Assembly: GCF_011386835.1 (NCBI RefSeq)
Contig: NC_088802.1
Span: 9,672,001-9,736,000, forward strand
Origin: Chrysemys picta bellii
Lineage: Eukaryota
Direction: 5' to 3'
Length of the DNA: 64,000 nt
The translations under genes were made by a program, and so were the position numbers. Shown piece after piece: positions 1-10,087 of this stretch; within the stretch, counting starts at the first letter, position 1; each line of letters starts with the position of its first letter. The notes under the pieces were generated by a model that ran no database searches, was not told the origin of the DNA, and saw only the letters and a list, made by a program, of their open reading frames with translations.

Positions 1-267
1 GAGAAAAATCTTCCTTTGTCCTGAATGGAGTGTAAGAAAATTCCCCCGAAGGCCAAACCCCAAACTCTGGTCTCCATCAGAGCGCCACTGATGGAAACTG
101 AGAGATGAAGTCCTTCAGAGAGCTGCTTTCAGGGAGTGCGGATCCAGAATGTGGAGAACCGGGCATCAGACTGATTGTGATGCAGAGTGAGTCCCCTCCA
201 GAGCAGGCTGGGTGGGTACCCAGCATGTGGCACTGAGCTCCCGTTTCTCTCTCCCTCTCTCCTCTAG

Positions 268-3200
268 GATGTCAGAAGCACTTTGAGCAGGTAGGTGGCT
301 CCTTCTCACTCCCCCTTGTGCTTCCCGATGCTGAGAAGGGGCTCAGGTACCAGGTGAGGGACACAGGGCCGGCTCCAGGCACCAGCTTAACAAGCAGGTG
401 CTTGGGGCGGCCAAGGGAGAGGGGCGGCATGTGTGGCAATTCGGGGTGACAGGTCCCTCACTCCCTCTAGGAGTGAAGGACCTGACACTGAACTGCCGCC
501 GCCAATCGCGGCTTTTTTTTTGGCTTGGAGCAGAAATGCTGGAGCCAGCCCTGGAGGGACATGTCTCCTCAGGGCCCGACAGGGAGCGCGTGGGACGGTC
601 TTCCTGTGAAGCTTCTAATCTTCCCTCCATCCTCAACGTCCTGGGGCTGCTGCCATTTCCCCAGAGTCCAGACCGGCCCAGACCTTAGGGTCAGGTGACT
701 CTGAGAACTCAGCTCCAGTCCCAGCTGTTCTCCCTGGTGCCTGGGCTGGGCCATCAGCTGGTAACACCCTGGATCTCTCTCTCTCTAGATGTGAGATGGG
801 CACATTCCAGGCTCCAGCGCCTGCTTCTCCTGAACCGAAATGGAGACTCTGGTTGTTTTCTCAAAATTTCGCTTTCCTCCAGGATGCGCTGAGGAAGCTG
901 AAAGGTAACGGAGAGATGGAGAAGTTCAGGAGGCGCGAGTGTGTTTACACAGGGGCTGGTCTGATTCGGATTTCACTGACGCTGGTTTCGCATCATCCTA
1001 ATTCTAGTGACTCCAGTGGGGTTAGTCTTGATTAACACCGGGGGCAAATCAGCCCCAAGGTCTCTTTCTTATTGGGTGAGTGTGAAAGAGCTAAACCACC
1101 CTAAATGCATGTAGCCTTTTATTTGATTTACAGTGAATTTAGTAATGTGGGATTACACCGCTGTAGGTTCGGCTCTGGTGACTAGTGTCAAGCTTAACAG
1201 AGTGAAAGTCACCTCTGCTACGTGCTTCAGTTTTAGAGTCTCTAGGAACACGTAGTGACCAAGGGCAGTGACCACAAAGACATTCACAAGTACAAGGTCT
1301 AGTCTGATTTACAAGTTTTATTAAAGTTACCATTAAAGTTATGAGTACCCAGGCATCTAGAAATTCCATACAGACCTATGCACAAGTTACAAACAGAGTT
1401 AGACTCACATCCTCCTAGATAGTGTTAGGGTCTGATGGGTCTCTCATGGATCGATCATCAGTAGAGGGATGGTTCCTGCTGGAGTTTCCCAGAGGGAGCT
1501 CTCAATTTTCCTAATGCAGGCATCTTTTCCCGTAAGCTTAAGGCATCAGGTTATTCTACGGTCACATACTTATACACCTCTACCCCGATATAATGCGACC
1601 CGATAGAACACGAATTCGGATATAACGCGGTAAAGCAGTGCTCCGGGGGGGGCGGGGCTGCACACTCTGGTGGATCAAAGCAAGTTCGATATAACGCGGT
1701 TTCACCTATAACGTGGTAAGATTTTTTGGCTCCCGAGGACAGCGTGATATCGAGGTAGAGGTGTATCAGCATTCCTTAACTCTACGGCCTAGTATGGTTA
1801 AGCTAAAATCTACAGGCCTCAGCTGGTAGGCCTTGTGTTTCAGCCCTACTTACTTAGATAAGACATAATTATCCCTAATAACTACTAATCAATCTATTTT
1901 ATACTTCTATAATCCTACAATTTAACTCTAACATACAATGATTATATATAATATGTTAGTTATACCATCCCACAATAAAATGAACAATAAACTAAAATCA
2001 CTGATTACATGCTGTTTCTTAACTAGCCCATATAAAATTCCAAGTCACTAGAAAGATCTGTCTGTGGGTTTTCTGTGCCGTTTCTTCCTCTGTCCAGCCC
2101 CTCATTCCCCTCTTGTGACTAAGTCCATGATAGTCATCGACAAAATCTGATCTCCTCTCCGTGCTCTTCTTCCTTTAGTGAATCTGTTGCCTGAACCGAA
2201 ACCGGACAGAGGTAAATTTCTAAGGGGTCGTTGGGAGACTGGCATTATTGATGGGATTGTTTTCCTGATGTGAGGAGAACACGTTTGGTTTGGGACATCA
2301 GAAGCAGCAGGAATCAAACTAATTGCTGGAGTCAGGGCTACAAACAGGACCTTGCACTGCCAGAGCCTCTAGGAATCTCTGTCATTGGAGATTTTTAAGA
2401 GCAGGTTGGACAGACACCTGTCAGGGATAGTCTAGATAATGCTTGGTCCTGCCTTGAGTGCAGGGGACTGGAGTAGAAGACTTGTTGAGGTCCTTTCCAG
2501 TCCTACTGTTCTGTGATTCTATGCAATGCCCACTGCAGGGGGTTATTACTAGCTACTAGGGTATTGTCAAGTTAATCTCAAGTCTCATGACATTTGTGTA
2601 TTTTTTATCTTATTTTTTATTTTTTTAAGATCCAGCTCTTGGACTCAAGTGATTATGGGAAAATCTCATTTTCATTTACTATTAAAAAAAAAATTCTAGC
2701 CCTTGTGGCTGCAGAGAAACTCTCCCCCTCCTCCCCAAAATATGACCACTAGGCATCTTAAAGGTTGAGAAAAAAGGCGGAAGATAGCAAGAACCCCATG
2801 ATTATTTTAAAAGAAAATTCCATGGATTGGGGTTGGGCTAATTCATAATGTCTGAATTCTTGGGTTTGGTGATGCTTCCAGACAGGCAGGGCCCACCTTA
2901 CGACTGACTCGGTCACTGTTTAACAATCAGATTGGACGGGAAAGGAAATTGTATCTGTGATTTGAAGGACAGAAGTTGATCAGAGCAAAAAAATGGGTGA
3001 GGGGGGAAATGAAAAATAGGCTTGGAGAGGGGCTGTAACAAATTACTGTGAGTGTCCACAAGATGGCAGCAGAACCTAAGGCATGAGACACAGCCCTTGC
3101 TGTGCTATATGCTGAAGCAAACCTTGCCCCACAGCTGAGCTCCGCCTCTAACACTGATATTTTTAATTCTCTCTCTCTGGGCAGCTGAAGTGACTCTGGA

Positions 3201-3702
3201 TCCAGACACGGCAAATCCCTGGCTCACCGTGTCCGCGGATGGCAAAAGTGTGCACTGGGGAGTCGCCCGGCAGGATCTGCCCGACCATCCCGAGAGATTT
3301 GACCCTGCTCCCTGCGTGCTGGCCTCTGAGGGCTTTGCCTCTGGGAGGCATTGCTGGGAGGTGGAAGTTGAAGAAGGGGCAGTCTGGGTCGTGGGAGTAG
3401 CCCTGGAACCTGTTAAGAGGAAAGGAGCGAGCACGTTTACACCAGAGCAGAGGATCTGGGCCGTGCGGAAATACTGGGAACAGCATTGGGCGCTCACCTG
3501 CCCTGAAACTCCTTTGTATCTACATGGGGTCCCTAGGAGGATCCGGATTTATGTGGACTATGAAGGGGGATTGGTGGCGTTTTATGATGCTGGCAACAAG
3601 GCCCCGATCTTCACTTTCCCACCAGCCCCTTTTGGTGGGGAGAAAATCTGCCCTTTCTTTGAGCTGCTGAGTACAGGCTCCCAGATCAAACTGTGCCCCT
3701 GA
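268..3702 (+). CDS. TRIM-family (B30.2/PRY-SPRY) gene 1, 3' four coding exons; 5' exons lie outside the window
   Basis: AG/GT-bounded exons 268-290 (23 nt, DVRSTLS), 789-904 (116 nt, RCEMGTFQ...DALRKLK), 2179-2211 (33 nt) and 3185-3702 (AEVTLDPDTANPWL...GRHCWEVEV...FF). They join into one open frame. Exon sizes and phases match the complete TRIM gene at 18.9-36.6 kb. Confidence 0.9.
364..553. mobile_element. Non-autonomous hAT-type DNA transposon (MITE)
   Basis: TIRs CAGGGCCGGCTCCAG / CTGGAGCCAGCCCTG, with a perfect 8-bp TSD GAGGGACA at 356-363 and 554-561. Confidence 0.85.
1573..1765. mobile_element. Tc1/mariner (Tigger/pogo-like) MITE
   Basis: TIRs TACACCTCTACC / GGTAGAGGTGTA with TA ends and internal inverted repeats. 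Confidence 0.6.
2372..2523 (+). mobile_element. CR1 LINE 3' fragment
   Basis: Typical CR1 3' tail (ggagatttttaagagcaggttggac...ccagtcctactgttctgtgattctatg), repeated many times in the window. Confidence 0.75.
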
Positions 3703-4082
3703 GACATATGATAAACCATCCCAGATTGGCCTTGGTCCTACATACATTAGTAATAGTGCTTTTCCATAGAAGCAATCAGTTTGGTTGCCTCAGGGATGGT
3801 TTTGTTGCCAGCGGGGGAGAAGATGGTCCTCAGAATGATAAAGAAAAAGCTGGTGAAGTAAACAATCAATTGGGATGTGCACCACACTATGAGAGACGTT
3901 TGGAGGAGCCCTAGCATGCAGATCACAGGGGGAGATTTAAAGATGAATATCTACGTGTCCACAGTATGTCAGCACCTAGAGGTCCCAACTGAAAACAGGG
4001 CCCCATTGGGCCAGGCGCTGCACAGACACACAGCGAGAGACAGTCCCTGTCCCAGCTGAGATCAGCGATCCATTGTACAGAG

Positions 4083-4438
4083 CATAGGTACCGACCCCGT
4101 GAGTGCTCCGGGGCTGGAACACCCCTAGTGAAAAATTGGACTGGCAGCTCCCTGCCCCAGCTCACCTCCTCCTCCTCCCCTGAGGGCACCGGGTGCCCAC
4201 TTTTTCCCCCTGGCTCCCAGCGCTTGCACCGCAAAATAGCTGATTCGTGCAGCAAGTGCTGGGGAGGGAGGGGAACAAGGCGTGCTCGGGGAAGAGGCGG
4301 GGCCGGGATTTGGGGAAGGGGTCCAATGGGGCAGGGACTTTGGGGAAGGGGTTGGAATGGGGGCGGGGCAAGGGTAGAGTCGGGGCAGGGCCAGGGGGAC
4401 GCGAGTACCCACCGGCCCCAGGAAAGTTGGGGTCTATG
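4083..4438. mobile_element. hAT-type MITE (CATAGG family, G-rich interior)
   Basis: Perfect 8-bp TSD GTACAGAG at 4075-4082 and 4439-4446. Confidence 0.8.
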
Positions 4439-4463
4439 GTACAGAGTATGAAACAGTCTATGC

Positions 4464-4685
4464 CAACGGTTCTCAAACTTTTGTACTGATGACCCCTTTC
4501 ACACAGCAAGCCTCTGAGTGTGACCCCCCCCTTATAAATTAAAAACACTTAAACATATTTAACACCACTATAAATGCTGGAGGCAAAGCGGGGTTTGGGG
4601 TGAAGGCTGAGAGCTCATGACCCCACCCCATGTAATAACCTCACGACCTGCTGTCGGGTCCCAACCCCCAGTTTGAGAACCCCTG
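4464..4685. mobile_element. hAT-type MITE (CAGGGGTTCTCAAAC family)
   Basis: TIR-like ends, with a perfect 8-bp TSD GTCTATGC at 4456-4463 and 4686-4693. Confidence 0.8.
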
Positions 4686-5257
4686 GTCTATGCCTTGAAG
4701 AGTTTGCAATCAACAAGATAAAGAGTGGGGAAAAGGCCCTTTGTTAGGTCGAGCACCATCTTCTATCTCAGATACTTATCTGGACCCCCCATTTTCCCAT
4801 TGCAATGGAGCTACACTGATTTACACCAGTTGGGGACCTGCCCTTTAACTTCTATCTGTGGTCCTTATGTGCCCCCCACCCCAATACTACCTGAGCACGT
4901 CACAACATTTAATGAGTTTATCCTCAGAGAACCCCTGTCATTTAAAGAAGTGAAAATATCCCCATTTTACAGATGTGGAACTGAGGCAGAGCTATACTTG
5001 ACTACACAGGGACATTGACTGGCAGAACTATACCTGCATGGATGCTTTATTCCTGAATAAAAGTGATTTTATTTTGCTTCCCTAAACAATTATACCTCTG
5101 TGATCCTGTCAGTCCATTTCACCACCCGGACAAGCCCTAAGTCGCTTGCCCAAGGTCAGACACATGACAGAACAGAGAACTGATCCCAGGTCTCCCTAGA
5201 CTAATGCCCTGACCATCGGTGCATCCCATCTCTCCGAGCAATTAAGTGATTTTTCTA

Positions 5258-5550
5258 AGGGCACGTCTTCACTACCCACCGGATCGGCAGGTAGCAATCG
5301 ATCTATTGGGGATCGACTTATCGCGTCTAGTGAAGACGCGATAAAATCAATCCCCGATGGCTCTGCCGTCGACTCCGGAAATCCACTGCGGCAAGAGGCA
5401 GAAGCGGATTCGACGGCGGCGTGGCAGTGGTCGACTCGCCGCCAGGTAAGTCAACCTAAAATACGCAACTTCAGCTATGCTATTCATGTAGCTGAAGTTG
5501 CGTATCTTAGGTCGACGCCCCCCCCCCCCCCACGTAGTGTAGACCTAGCC
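5258..5550. mobile_element. Non-autonomous DNA transposon (GTCTACACTA-ended family)
   Basis: Ends gggcacgtcttcacta / tagtgtagacctagcc. Related palindromic elements recur near 17.5, 18.6, 22.4, 25.6 and 33.7 kb. Boundaries are approximate. Confidence 0.5.
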
Positions 5551-6214
5551 TAACATACATAGAGGGGAATCTGGAGCAGGGCTAAGCCCTGAACCCAGAT
5601 GCACTGCCTTGACTTCAGAACCATCCTGTCTCTTGCTATATTTTTCCTCTTCATAGAACTAAGCTTTCCTTTTGCATTCTACTCTTAAATTTATACCTTG
5701 CTAAATGGAAGCAGATGGAGGCATTTCCCTACCAATTTATTACCTAATAAACTTTGCATTGGCATAGAATTTTTTGAATGTTTTGTGGCTATTTATTTGG
5801 GAGGAGAGGCAAAGCATCGTTTAGTCTTATATAAATAAAAGTTCCGCTGGTAGAACACTGTACAGGAGTAACTGTGCCAGTGCAGGTGGGAGACCTATTG
5901 CACTCTGTAGCAAAGTTGCTCAGACCTATAACCCTCCAGCACTCCTGCTTCCTAAGACCGCCCCCTTTGCTGATAGAGATTCACAGGTGGTGCTTTAGGG
6001 CCCCATCCCCTTTGCGAGCTTGAGCTAATATCTCACCCAGCTCTATCTTCTGCACACATGAGCATAAAGCACAGAAATCCCATTAGAGGAGCAAGGATAG
6101 AGCTTCAGCATTGCCCCTGCTTTCCCCTTTCTAGGCATAAGGCATACCTACTGAGAACAGCAATCCTTCATCCTCCCATAACCACAAACGGGCAGAGCAG
6201 AGCCCTTCTCACAG

Positions 6215-6655
6215 AATAGAATCATAGAATATCAGGGTTGGAAGGGACCTCAGGAGGTCATCTAGTCCAACCCCCTGCTCAAAGCAGGACCAACACCAAC
6301 TAAATCATCCCAGCCAGGGCTTTGTCAAGCCTGACTTTAAAAGCCTCCAAGGAAGGAGATTCCACCACCTCCCTAGGTAACCCATTCTAGTGCTTCACCA
6401 TCCTCCTAGTGAAAAAGTTTCTCCTAATATCCAGCCTAAAACTCCTGCACTGCAACTTGAGACCATTACTCCTTGTTCTGCCATCTGGTACCACTAAGAA
6501 CAGTCTAGATTCATTCTCTTTGGAACCCCCTTTCAGGTATTTGAAAGCAGCTATCAAATCCCCCCTCATTCTTCTCTTCTGCAGACTAAATAATCCCAGT
6601 TCCCTCAGCCTCTCCTCATAAGTCATGTGCTCCAGCCCCCCAGTCATTTTTGTTG
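6215..6655 (-). mobile_element. CR1 LINE 3' fragment (ORF2 C-terminus plus tail)
   Basis: ORF 6387-6647 reads [31 protein letters not shown]...[10 protein letters not shown], the CR1 ORF2 C-terminus. The agaatcatagaat tail is at 6215-6230. Confidence 0.85.
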
Positions 6656-7493
6656 CCAGCTGCTAGACCCTTTCCAATTTTTCCACATTTTTATACTCCT
6701 CTGGGCTGGAACTCCTGCCCTTCTATTGTGATAGTTGAAACAATGGAATTAATAGGATGCAAGAATCTCTTTTGTCCAGTGGAAATAGGGGATTTTGAGT
6801 CCCATCTTTGGACCAGAAAGATTGACAGAAACCCAAGAAATACACTCAATGTGAGTTGAATTGACACAAAATTAAATGAATTTCTTTGCTCTGTAGATGT
6901 ACCTCTCACTGATCCGGATCCACAAGGACTTCTCAAAATCAAGCACTGGAAGGCTTTTTTTTTTTTAATTCAAGGTTTACAACAAATTGTTCTCCTCTGA
7001 GGGGCAGAGACATGCCTACTGAGTTTATCATTTATAGTCAGCCACAAGCCTGAGAAAGTAGTGTCCTACAGCGAGTACACCCACATCACCATTTAACTGT
7101 TTTTAAACAAGACAGTGGTAGGAAAAAAGAGACTGCTTAATACAAGTTATAGCAAAGTTGACTGCTTGTGAAAAGCTAAAGAGAAAATTTCAGTCACCCC
7201 CACATTTCATCAGCTTCTTCTATCCTCACTTCCAAGAGTGATAAGCCAAACAAATCTGCATAGCCTCACCTTGAAATCTTTACAAGAAAATACAAAGTTT
7301 AAGGGAATAGCAATGTTTTACAAAAATTTAATGCAAGTTGTTCCTACTTTTAAAGCTACTAATTATCATAAGTGTCTTTTGGTACAAGTTTGCATAGCAA
7401 TTATTTTGAAGATAGATAAGTAGCTTGTAAAGAGACCTTTGAATTATAATTACTTTTAAATAATCAATTTCTAATCTAGCTAAACAAGAAATT

Positions 7494-7653
7494 TCACTTA
7501 AAGCAGATATATACAGTAACAACCTTAGCGCCTTCGGACCTCATACAAGTAAATAAAGTGAGAATCTTTATAACGCTGCTGCTGATCACCATTTTGCTTT
7601 CTAATCAGCATTAAGCTGTTCCAAAGCTTTCTTAGTCCTCTACAACTACACAC
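7494..7653 (-). pseudogene. Histone H2B pseudogene with an internal deletion of the histone fold
   Basis: The minus strand reads RYKDSHFIYLYEV (cf. [13 protein letters not shown]), directly fused to EGAKVVTVYICFK* (cf. [13 protein letters not shown]). The start appears as GTG at 7653. A degenerate stem-loop (aaaggtctctttacaagctac) lies near 7420-7440. Confidence 0.7.
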
Positions 7654-7699
7654 CTCTACCAGACTCCGTCTCTTTCTGAGCATACAAGAAGTCATAGTT

Positions 7700-7890
7700 C
7701 CTCTTTATATTGCCTATAGTCGGACCTGAGTGAAAACCTAGATAGCCTGCTCCTCCCCCCCCTCCCCTCGGCTAGCACTGACCCCAACCTCCTTCAAGCC
7801 AACATGGAACAATCCCCCTTTCCAACGGCGATATGCAAATTAAGGATTCCAACATTCCACTTTTCATTGGTTCCCTTGGGAAACCAATCA
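7700..7890 (-). promoter_or_regulatory. Promoter of the pseudo-H2B: TATA-like, H4-box-like, octamer and CCAAT elements
   Basis: atataaagaggaact (shared with the intact H2B promoter at 52516-52530), GGTTTTCACTCAGGTCCG at 7738-7721, ATGCAAAT at 7833-7840, ATTGG near 7866 and CCAAT near 7884. Confidence 0.6.
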
Positions 7891-8134
7891 AACACCGCGA
7901 ATGTTTGAAAGAAAACAGAAAACATGGAGAAGTGACTTTGCTCCCACTATTAATTAGAAGCTATTGCTTAGATTGTGAACTAGGAGTAAGGAAGGTGTAT
8001 TCGTACAGCACCTAGCACATTGGGACTTCATTCCTGAATGGGGTTTGTTTGATACTGCAATACAACTCAATATTTGTTAAAATAATCCTTTAATTTAACC
8101 CTTTATCCATTTATGAGATATTCATACTATGGAT

Positions 8135-8527
8135 GAGTGGCTCTCAACCTTTCCAGACTATTGCCCCCCTTTCAGGAGTCTAATTTGCCTTGTGTACCCC
8201 CAAGTTTCACCTCACTTAAAAACTACTTGCTCACAAAATCAGACATAAACATACAAACGTGTCACAGCCACTGGTACTGAAAAAGTGCTGACTTTCTCCT
8301 TTTTACCATATAATTATAAAATAAATCAATGGGAATATAAATATTGTGCCTGCATTTCAGTGTATAGCCTATAGAGCAGTATAAACAAGTCATTGTCTGT
8401 GTGAAATTTTAGTTTGTCCTGACTTCCCTAGTGCTTTTTCTGTAGCTGGTTATAAAACTAGGCAAATATCTAGATGAGTTGAGTACCCCCTGAAAGACCT
8501 CTGTGTACCCCTGGTTGCGCACCACTG
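8135..8527. mobile_element. hAT-like non-autonomous element (agtggctctcaacc family)
   Basis: Ends agtggctctcaacc / ggttgcgcaccactg. Closely similar copies are at about 27132-27535 and 36879-37280. Confidence 0.65.
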
Positions 8528-8624
8528 CTGTAGACCAGGGTGTGTGTGTGTGTGGGGGGGGGGGAAGTGGACTGTTTTACACAATGTCCCTCCTCCATTC
8601 CTGTTAAAATCAGAGTCCTTGTCA

Positions 8625-8858
8625 TACTAAAGCAGGGTGGGGAAAGGAAGTGCTGGCCCAGAAAAGGCCCTTTGGAGAGGCCCAAAGCGCTCAAGAAGCA
8701 GGAGAAGAAGCTTAAGAGGAAGAACAAAGCAGCGAAGAAAAAAAGCCAGGAAGAAACTAAAGGACCTTATAAAATCAGGAGCTACTTCTGCATCCCTTAT
8801 GCAGTGGGAAGCATCTAGAGAAAGTCCTCAAAGTCACACAACTATTGATTCACCCTAA
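8625..8858 (+). pseudogene. 5'-truncated H1-like relic (C-terminal tail only), paralog of the gene at 58763-59258
   Basis: LKKQEKKLKRKNKAAKKK, a frameshift in an A-run, then ARKKLKDL...SASLMQWEASRE...*. DNA matches the minus strand of 58760-58910 (cttctgcatcccttatgcagtgggaagcatct vs cttctgtatcctttatgcagtgggaaacatct). A histone stem-loop follows. Confidence 0.7.
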
Positions 8859-8872
8859 GGAAAGAATCGGAA

Positions 8873-8888
8873 GGCTCTTTTAAGAGCT
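8873..8888 (+). terminator. Histone mRNA 3' stem-loop (one G-U pair) of the H1 relic
   Basis: GGCTCTTTTAAGAGCT followed by ACCCC. Confidence 0.75.
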
Positions 8889-9301
8889 ACCCCATAACGT
8901 TCTCCAGATGAGCGTTAGCACAGATGGCCCCAGTTTTGTTTGATTTCGTTGCATGTGTGTGGAGCCAAAATCCTGGTTGTGAGATGCGAACCCTGCGGTG
9001 AATGGGAAGAAGGAAGGCAAACAGGGGCTGTAGGAACTCGTGTTTCAGAAAGCATTGCATTGTTTACCAGCACTAAAAACCTGTTTTAACACCAGCATTG
9101 GGGTAATCTCGATAAAGTCCCCGGGCTTTATAGCGCTGTCGGCTTTCCCGAACTGCGTATCATAAACTACATTGCTCAACGCTGCTAGTACTTGAATGAA
9201 TGGGGCTTTCTTTGCAACGCAAGTATGTTTCCCTGATTACTGGGGGTTGTCACTTCAACCCTTCCTTACGACACCCGGCACCCAAGCGTTCGCACACAGA
9301 A

Positions 9302-9344
9302 TCCGCTCTTTTGATGAACGCTGGGGGTGGTTCTGAAAAGAACC
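9302..9344 (-). terminator. Histone 3' stem-loop plus HDE (U7 site) of H1-like gene A
   Basis: Minus strand GGTTCTTTTCAGAACC-ACCC at 9344-9329, with purine-rich AAAAGAGC about 17 nt downstream. Confidence 0.9.
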
Positions 9345-9379
9345 GTTTTGGTTTTGTTTTTCGCTCCTGGCCTGAGCCG

Positions 9380-9916
9380 TCACTCCAGAAGGAAGGTGCC
9401 CTTAATAATATCTTCTAAGATTTGCTTCCTGCGCGTTGCCACCGTCCCCCTGATTTTGCCCGGGCTCCCGCTGACCCTCTTGGGCCGTGCAGCAGCCGGT
9501 TTGATTTCCCCGCTGGGGTCATTTGGCCCTGGGGCAGCTGTTCCTGTCTTCGCCGAGCTCTGGCGCCTCTTGGCCGCGGCTGTTTCCCTCGTTTTTGCTT
9601 TGGCGGCGCCGCCTCCCCGCTGGAGCCTGAAAGAGCCCGAGGCGCCGCTGCCGCTGACCCGACGCAGGGCCCCTTGGCTCAGGAGATAACGGAGCACAGC
9701 CTTGATGCGGCCCTTGTTCTTCCGCACGTCGTATCCCTCGCCCTCCAGCGTCTTCTTGATGGCGGCAAGAGAGACGCCTCTGCCGGCAGCGGGGACAGCA
9801 GCAGCCCGGAGAATGACCTGGCTGAGAGTCGGTTTCCTCCTTCTCTTGCGCCGGGGATTCTCCCGAGCCGCGCGGGAGGCCGCAAAAGCCGCGGGGAGAG
9901 AAACTGAACCGGGCAT
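9380..9916 (-). CDS. Divergent, arginine-rich linker histone H1-like protein A (178 aa)
   Basis: Winged-helix motif VSLAAIKKTLEGEGYDVRKNKGRIK...SGSGASGSFRL, intronless, with stem-loop and HDE. ATG 9916 was chosen because the ORF-track ATG at 10099 lies upstream of the H1 promoter elements. Confidence 0.9.
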   Translation of the reverse strand: MPGSVSLPAAFAASRAARENPRRKRRRKPTLSQVILRAAAVPAAGRGVSLAAIKKTLEGEGYDVRKNKGRIKAVLRYLLSQGALRRVSGSGASGSFRLQRGGGAAKAKTRETAAAKRRQSSAKTGTAAPGPNDPSGEIKPAAARPKRVSGSPGKIRGTVATRRKQILEDIIKGTFLLE

Positions 9917-10007
9917 GTCCCTGCGACCCAATCCCAGCTGCTGCCACCCAGACCCGCACGTGGGGCCGCCGCCCTGACACTGAGCCCGGCGGCCGCCACT
10001 CGAGGCC

Positions 10008-10087
10008 AGATAGAGAGCAGAGCCCGACGCAACCGAATCAATCCCCCGCTTTACTCCTGCTCCAGCGCCTCCCCCCAGCCTGTGTTT
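10008..10087 (-). promoter_or_regulatory. H1-type proximal promoter of gene A
   Basis: AC box AAACACA (10087-10081), motif TTGATTCGGTTGCGTC (10041-10026), and the TATA position degenerate (ctgctcTCTATCT vs ctgctcTATATAA in gene E). Confidence 0.75.

Noticed and set aside
1-190. Candidate upstream coding exon of TRIM gene 1 ending at GTGAGT (187)
   Set aside because: The required phase-0 frame has TGA at 178-180 and there is no similarity to the 231-nt coiled-coil exon.
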